DNA of 64,000 nucleotides, from positions 25,744 to 89,743 of the IMG/VR virus record IMGVR_UViG_3300032224_000903; one strand, 5' to 3'. The stretch comes from a virus. Its lineage: Duplodnaviria > Caudoviricetes. Under the pieces are notes generated by a model, which saw only the letters and a list, made by a program, of their open reading frames with translations, ran no database searches and was not told the DNA's origin. Of the stretch, positions 58,812-64,000 are shown one piece after another (position 1 is the stretch's first letter; every line of letters starts with the position of its first letter). The position numbers were made by a program, and so were the translations under genes.

Positions 58812-60206
58812 ATGCAATTTTCTAAGAAAAAACTGTTATATTTAATTCAAGAAAATTTGAATGAAATGCCAATGGATTTTGATAGTCAGGATAGACCTGA
58901 CCAAGGAGTACAAGATGATTTAGCTGCGGGTGAAACCCCATTGCAAAAAATACCTTTCCCTGAAACAGGTGATGAACCTAATAAGAACTTCCAAGAACTT
59001 TTAGCTTCCGAAAGATACAAACAAGTCGTTGCCAAAATGAGACAATATACCGGTACAAACGCTACTATTAGAGGTACACAAGGTATGAGTCCGTTGATGC
59101 AACAAATGATGAGTGCTCACAACCAAATCTTACAGTTTGAACAGAACCATAGAAGAGAATTGGAACAATTGGCGGTTGAATTAGTTATGAAAGAGTTAGG
59201 TATTCCTGAAGGGTCGGTTCAATATGATGCAAGAATTATCGGCATGGGTGAATTTAACCTTGAAGATTTTAATCATGATGAGGAAGAACAAGGTGGTGAA
59301 GAACAAGGTGGTGAAGAGGAAATGAATTTTGGAAATGAAATTGAAATCGTTAATGATTTAGAGAAACTTGATTTAGAAAAAGCAAAAAGAAGATTTATAA
59401 ACACAATTATACAAGGTGCTTCTAAAAGAGGTCATTACATGTATCACTACGCCGAAGAAAGAATTAGTCAAATTGTTGGTAACGATAGACTTGTTGGTCT
59501 TTACGGTATTATGATGTCGGTAAACGACGCGTTATATTGGCAGTTACCTAACGATACTATGAAATCAATGGGACAACAAGGTAATATTGCGGGTAGAGAA
59601 GACGTTGATAGACAAACAGATCCACCAACAGTTAAAGCAAGAGCGGTAAATTTTCCAGTTTTAATTCACGAATTAATTAAAGGAACATTAGAGTTAGTTG
59701 CATTACATGGTAGAAATAGAGATGAAGAAGGTAATGAAGAAGATTTTACTGATATTGAAGATAGTGAAGATACATTAGAAAAAGAAATGTGGGACTTACG
59801 TTTAGGACCTGCAATTTGGGATAGAATTAGATCTAAGTTTCCAGAAGATGTATTAACAGATGAAGATAAAGGAATTATCCAATTAATGGTGTTCCAACAT
59901 ATATTCAAAAAACCAGCTAAGGAATTCTTAGTGTTTATGAAAGAAATAGTATCTAATTCTGAAAACGGAAATCGTCTAATGGAGACGTTGGTTCGTGCAA
60001 TTGAAGAGGATATCAACAATTACGATTACGAACAAACAATGGCGGAATTTGATGAGGATTTAACAGGTATTAGTGATGAAACAGATAACGATGAATTAAA
60101 AGATTTTATATCAGGTATTCCAGGTATATCACTATCCAATGATGATGGAGAGGACGATGATGATAGTCTATTTGATGAGTTAGGGTTAGATAGACCTACG
60201 AAATAA
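58812..60206 (+). CDS. Acidic hypothetical phage protein
   Basis: 464 aa, immediately upstream of terminase. Confidence 0.75.
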   Translation: MQFSKKKLLYLIQENLNEMPMDFDSQDRPDQGVQDDLAAGETPLQKIPFPETGDEPNKNFQELLASERYKQVVAKMRQYTGTNATIRGTQGMSPLMQQMMSAHNQILQFEQNHRRELEQLAVELVMKELGIPEGSVQYDARIIGMGEFNLEDFNHDEEEQGGEEQGGEEEMNFGNEIEIVNDLEKLDLEKAKRRFINTIIQGASKRGHYMYHYAEERISQIVGNDRLVGLYGIMMSVNDALYWQLPNDTMKSMGQQGNIAGREDVDRQTDPPTVKARAVNFPVLIHELIKGTLELVALHGRNRDEEGNEEDFTDIEDSEDTLEKEMWDLRLGPAIWDRIRSKFPEDVLTDEDKGIIQLMVFQHIFKKPAKEFLVFMKEIVSNSENGNRLMETLVRAIEEDINNYDYEQTMAEFDEDLTGISDETDNDELKDFISGIPGISLSNDDGEDDDDSLFDELGLDRPTK

Positions 60207-60209
60207 TAC

Positions 60210-60239
60210 AAAGGTGGTTTACAATAACCACCTTTTTTT
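60210..60239 (+). terminator. Intrinsic terminator
   Basis: AAAGGTGGTT-TACAAT-AACCACCTTTTTTT. Confidence 0.75.
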
Positions 60240-60240
60240 G

Positions 60241-60248
60241 TATTTATA
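60241..60248 (+). promoter_or_regulatory. TATTTATA candidate phage late promoter (terminase)
   Basis: Lies between a terminator and the terminase ATG; the same motif precedes portal (62075) and endolysin (5062). Confidence 0.55.
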
Positions 60249-60253
60249 CATAT

Positions 60254-62032
60254 ATGAACTCAAGAATTGAACAGTTAAAGGAATTGGCGAAAATAATTAA
60301 GGACACTCCTTACGCTTTAAGAACTTATCTACAAACATTTGATAATACACAGAAAAAGTATGTACCAATGGATTTGTTTGAAGACCAAATTCAATTGATA
60401 AATGACTACGAAGAATACAACGAAAATATTACAAGAAAATATAGACAGGCAGGGGTTACAACTGTAACGGCAGCGTGGTTATCTAAAAGATTACAACTCG
60501 CCAAACCTGATAATCCTGAGAGAGTTTTACTTATAGCAAACAAACGTGATACTGCGGTGGAAATGGCGAATAAAGTTAGACACTTTTTAGAACAGTGGCC
60601 TGATTGGATTAACGTAGGTTTCTCACCCGATAAAAACTCAGAAAGTAGATTTAGATTAAATAATGGGTGTGAGGTTAAGGCGGTTGCAACATCTCCCGAT
60701 GCCTTACGTGGTTATACACCTACCATACTTGTATTTGATGAGGCCGCACATATTGAAGCAGGAGAAGATTTTTGGGCAGCATCTATGGCCTCGTTATCAA
60801 CGGGTGGAAAGATTATTCTTATCTCCACACCAAATGGTTATGATGCCATTTATTACGGTGTTTACGACCAAGCAGTTCGTGGGTTGAATGATTTTCACAT
60901 TACGGATTTAAGATGGTTTAAAGACCCTCGTTATACTAAAGATTTACGTTGGGTTAAATGTCAGGATATCTGTCATTACATGTTAAATCGTGAACAATAT
61001 AACGACGAAGAAGTTATATTATATGATTTTGATTTAAAAGATTATAAGAAACTTTTAGAAGATGGATATAAACCATTTTCATCTTGGTTTGAATCTATGT
61101 CTAAGAAATTTAAATATGATAGACGTAAGATTGCACAGGAATTGGAATGTGACTTCTTAGGTTCGGGTGATGGTGTAATTCCTGGTGATATACAAGAGAA
61201 TATTGCTAAGAATATGATTAGAGAACCTATTGAGAAATACATGCAAGCTACGTTTTGGCAATGGAAAGAACCAATTATTGGTCATCGTTATATTATGGGT
61301 GTGGATGTTAGTAGAGGTGACAGTGAGGATTTTTCCGCAATATCAATTATAGATTTTGATGATAGAGAACAAGTTGCTGAATATATTGGTAAAATACCTC
61401 CTGATGATTTAGCTGCAGTCGCATACAAATGGGCGATCCTTTATGGTAATGCGTTTATTGTGACGGATATTACCGGAGGTATGGGAGTTGCAACATCAAG
61501 AAAGTTAACTGAACTAAATTATAAAAACGTTTATATTGAAGGAGTTAACACTCAAAACATTTGGGACTACAATGCCAAGGCTATGGAGAAAATACCAGGT
61601 CTTAACTTCAATAATAAAAGAACTCAGATTGTTGCCGCGTTTGAAGAACAACTTAGAAAGGGATTTATTGTTAGATCTGCAAGATTATTAAATGAACTTA
61701 ATACGTTTGTTTATATGAATGGTAGACCTGACCATATGAAAGGTGCTCACGATGATGCTATTATGGGACTATCTATGGCGTTATATGCCGCTGACATTTC
61801 ATTTAATTTATTACAAAAGAATGAAAATGCAAACAAAGCGATGTTAGATTCTTGGACTATGACTGAAAGATCATATGAGACAAGTAAATCATTTTATTCG
61901 TATGGTACTGCATTTGATCAAATTGGGTCTATGGGAACAGATAATAATAATTTATATTATCAAGATAATTCAATGAATGTCAGTAAACAAGTATATCAAG
62001 AGAATTCTTGGTTATTTGGTAAACGTAGATAA
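60254..62032 (+). CDS. terL: Terminase large subunit (T4 gp17-like)
   Basis: KYRQAGVTT Walker-A region, LVFDEAA Walker B, ISTPNG, nuclease GVDVSRG..D and HDDAIM. Confidence 0.93.
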   Translation: MNSRIEQLKELAKIIKDTPYALRTYLQTFDNTQKKYVPMDLFEDQIQLINDYEEYNENITRKYRQAGVTTVTAAWLSKRLQLAKPDNPERVLLIANKRDTAVEMANKVRHFLEQWPDWINVGFSPDKNSESRFRLNNGCEVKAVATSPDALRGYTPTILVFDEAAHIEAGEDFWAASMASLSTGGKIILISTPNGYDAIYYGVYDQAVRGLNDFHITDLRWFKDPRYTKDLRWVKCQDICHYMLNREQYNDEEVILYDFDLKDYKKLLEDGYKPFSSWFESMSKKFKYDRRKIAQELECDFLGSGDGVIPGDIQENIAKNMIREPIEKYMQATFWQWKEPIIGHRYIMGVDVSRGDSEDFSAISIIDFDDREQVAEYIGKIPPDDLAAVAYKWAILYGNAFIVTDITGGMGVATSRKLTELNYKNVYIEGVNTQNIWDYNAKAMEKIPGLNFNNKRTQIVAAFEEQLRKGFIVRSARLLNELNTFVYMNGRPDHMKGAHDDAIMGLSMALYAADISFNLLQKNENANKAMLDSWTMTERSYETSKSFYSYGTAFDQIGSMGTDNNNLYYQDNSMNVSKQVYQENSWLFGKRR

Positions 62033-62086
62033 CGTTTAGTTTATCATTAATTTAGTTTATATTATAAAGAAAAGTATTTATATAGA

Positions 62087-63931
62087 ATGGCAAATCAAAA
62101 TTTAACCGTCTTTCAGAAATTAACAAAGATGTTTGGTTATCCGGGTAAACCTCAAGTAACACAAGCACCTTCATTTAATTTTAATAAAGATGAATTATTA
62201 AAAACGGATAGTAGAGAAGAATATGAAAAGGCAATGTTGCAGGCTCAACAGAGTCAATACATTGCGGATAAATGGACTAAATTAGACCAATCTCTTTATA
62301 ACCAATCGGTTTATTATGAACCAAATAGATTGGCGGCATATTACGATTATGAGGCAATGGAGTTTACTCCTGAAATATCAGCAGCATTAGATATATACGC
62401 GGAAGAGTCAACTACAATGTCGGAAAAGGGTCAAATTTTAACAATCTATTCTGAATCTGATAGAATTAAAGAAATATTAGAGGATCTGTTTAATAACAGA
62501 TTAGATGTAAATACTAACTTACAAATGTGGACAAGAGGTGTTTGTAAATACGGGGATAACTTTGTTTATTTAAAGTTAGATCCTGAAAAAGGTATTGTCG
62601 GATGTCAACAATTACCAAATATTGAAATTGAAAGATTAGAAGGTGCCGCAGGTAAAACTACAACACAGAATAGAGATTTAAAAATCCCATCAAGAGAATT
62701 ACGTTTTCAATGGAAAAATAAAGATTTAGAATTTCAAGCATGGGAAATTGCTCACTTTAGATTATTAGGTGATGATAGAAAATTACCATATGGTACTTCT
62801 ATGTTAGATAAAATTAGACGTATTTGGAAACAACTTTTACTTGCTGAAGATGCTATGTTAATTTATAGAACATCAAGAGCACCTGAAAGACGTGTATTCA
62901 AAGTATTTGTCGGTAACATGGATGATAAGGATATTGAATCATATGTACAACGTGTTGCAAACAAATTTAAAAGAGACCAAATTTCAGATCCACGTAATGG
63001 TCAAGTTGATATGAGATATAATCAAATGGCTGTAGATCAGGATTACTTTATTCCTGTACGTGATCCTGCACAATCCAATCCAATTGAAACATTACCAGGT
63101 GCACAAAACTTAGGCGAGATTGCGGATATCGAATATATTCAAAAGAAAATGTTAGCAGCACTTCGTATTCCAAAAGCTTTCTTAGGATTTGAAGAAGTTG
63201 TTGGTGAAGGTAAGAGTTTGGCTTTAATGGATATTCGTTTCGCAAGAACAATTAACAGAATTCAAAAATCTGTTATCCAAGAATTAAATAAAATTGCTTT
63301 AATTCAATTATACCTTTTAGGTATGGAAGATGAATTAAATAATTTTTCATTATCATTAACTAACCCATCTGCACAATCTGATTTGTTACGTATTGAACAA
63401 TGGAAAGAAAAAGTTACACTTTATAAAGATGCAACATCAGATCAATCTCAAGTGGGTATCTTACCTGTATCACATACATGGGCTAAAAAGAATATTCTTG
63501 GATTTAGTGATAGTGAAGTTATGTTGGATTTACAACAACAACGCTTAGAACGTGCATTAGGATTTGAATTAACAAATACTCAGAATGTGATTAAACGTTC
63601 AGGTGTATTTGATGAAGTAGATGCTAAGTATGGTATTCCTGAAGAAGATAGAGAAAAGGCCATGGAAGCCGCAGGAGGTGCTGAAGGTGGAGGTGATATG
63701 GGTGGAGGAATGGATATGGGAGGTGGAGCGCCACCACCACCAGCAGGTGGTGAAGGAGGAGGAGAAGCTCCATTGAGTGAGTCAACGTTAGGTAAAAAAT
63801 CTAAAAAATCTAAAATTTTAAGTATGTTGGGCGAAGAAAAAGAAGATTTTAATATTCTATTTGATATGGAAAGAGCTCAACAGAATATTTATGAAATAGA
63901 GACGAAAATAAATGATATGTTAAACGATTAA
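62087..63931 (+). CDS. Portal protein (T4 gp20-like)
   Basis: EDAMLIYRTSRAPERRVFKVFVGNM, QDYFIP, IETLPG.QNLGEIADIEY, LRIPKAFL; adjacent to terminase. Confidence 0.92.
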   Translation: MANQNLTVFQKLTKMFGYPGKPQVTQAPSFNFNKDELLKTDSREEYEKAMLQAQQSQYIADKWTKLDQSLYNQSVYYEPNRLAAYYDYEAMEFTPEISAALDIYAEESTTMSEKGQILTIYSESDRIKEILEDLFNNRLDVNTNLQMWTRGVCKYGDNFVYLKLDPEKGIVGCQQLPNIEIERLEGAAGKTTTQNRDLKIPSRELRFQWKNKDLEFQAWEIAHFRLLGDDRKLPYGTSMLDKIRRIWKQLLLAEDAMLIYRTSRAPERRVFKVFVGNMDDKDIESYVQRVANKFKRDQISDPRNGQVDMRYNQMAVDQDYFIPVRDPAQSNPIETLPGAQNLGEIADIEYIQKKMLAALRIPKAFLGFEEVVGEGKSLALMDIRFARTINRIQKSVIQELNKIALIQLYLLGMEDELNNFSLSLTNPSAQSDLLRIEQWKEKVTLYKDATSDQSQVGILPVSHTWAKKNILGFSDSEVMLDLQQQRLERALGFELTNTQNVIKRSGVFDEVDAKYGIPEEDREKAMEAAGGAEGGGDMGGGMDMGGGAPPPPAGGEGGGEAPLSESTLGKKSKKSKILSMLGEEKEDFNILFDMERAQQNIYEIETKINDMLND

Positions 63932-63933
63932 AA

Positions 63934-64000
63934 ATGAATAAATTCGGAGTTATTAAAACCAAATTATTAAATAAATTAACTGAATCTTACGCTAAAGAAA
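63934..64000 (+). CDS. Start of the next gene (3'-truncated)
   Basis: ATG 2 nt after the portal stop; open to the window end (MNKFGVIKTKLLNKLTESYAKE). Confidence 0.6.
   Translation, partial: MNKFGVIKTKLLNKLTESYAKE

Noticed and set aside
60430-60470. Terminase Walker A lacking the canonical lysine (RQAGVTT)
   Set aside because: Deviant K-x-R-Q-x-G-(I/V)-(S/T) motifs are common in large terminases; the rest of the ATPase and nuclease motifs are intact.

Overview
This AT-rich window appears to come from a large tailed dsDNA phage (jumbo/mega-phage with T4-like packaging genes). It ends in a terminase large subunit (60254-62032) and a T4 gp20-type portal (62087-63931). The host is inferred to be Bacteroidota, from TTTG-N19/21-TAnnTTTG promoters, signal peptides exposing Gln at +1, and T9SS-CTD-like lipoproteins. 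Other content: a PG-binding/GH19 endolysin; an eight-gene glycosylation cluster; five genes with SGNH-like domains; an RNA-rich block at 27.1-33.1 kb (tmRNA, 4 tRNAs, an ORF-free ~870-950 nt promoter-to-terminator unit that looks like a giant GOLLD-class ncRNA, and several smaller structured elements); a 13.4-kb operon of secreted/membrane proteins bracketed by a 31-bp imperfect direct repeat (cohesin/dockerin/PA14, CsgG-like, barrel-like proteins, lipase, Ntn hydrolase, 2OG oxygenase); an RNA-repair module; an N-domain-less ClpC divergent from Hsp20; and a KTSC-KTSC-nucleotidyltransferase module. The strongest novelty candidates are the giant ncRNA and the exported cohesin-dockerin/CsgG-like system. 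All family calls are from motif recognition by eye; no searches or folding programs were run.
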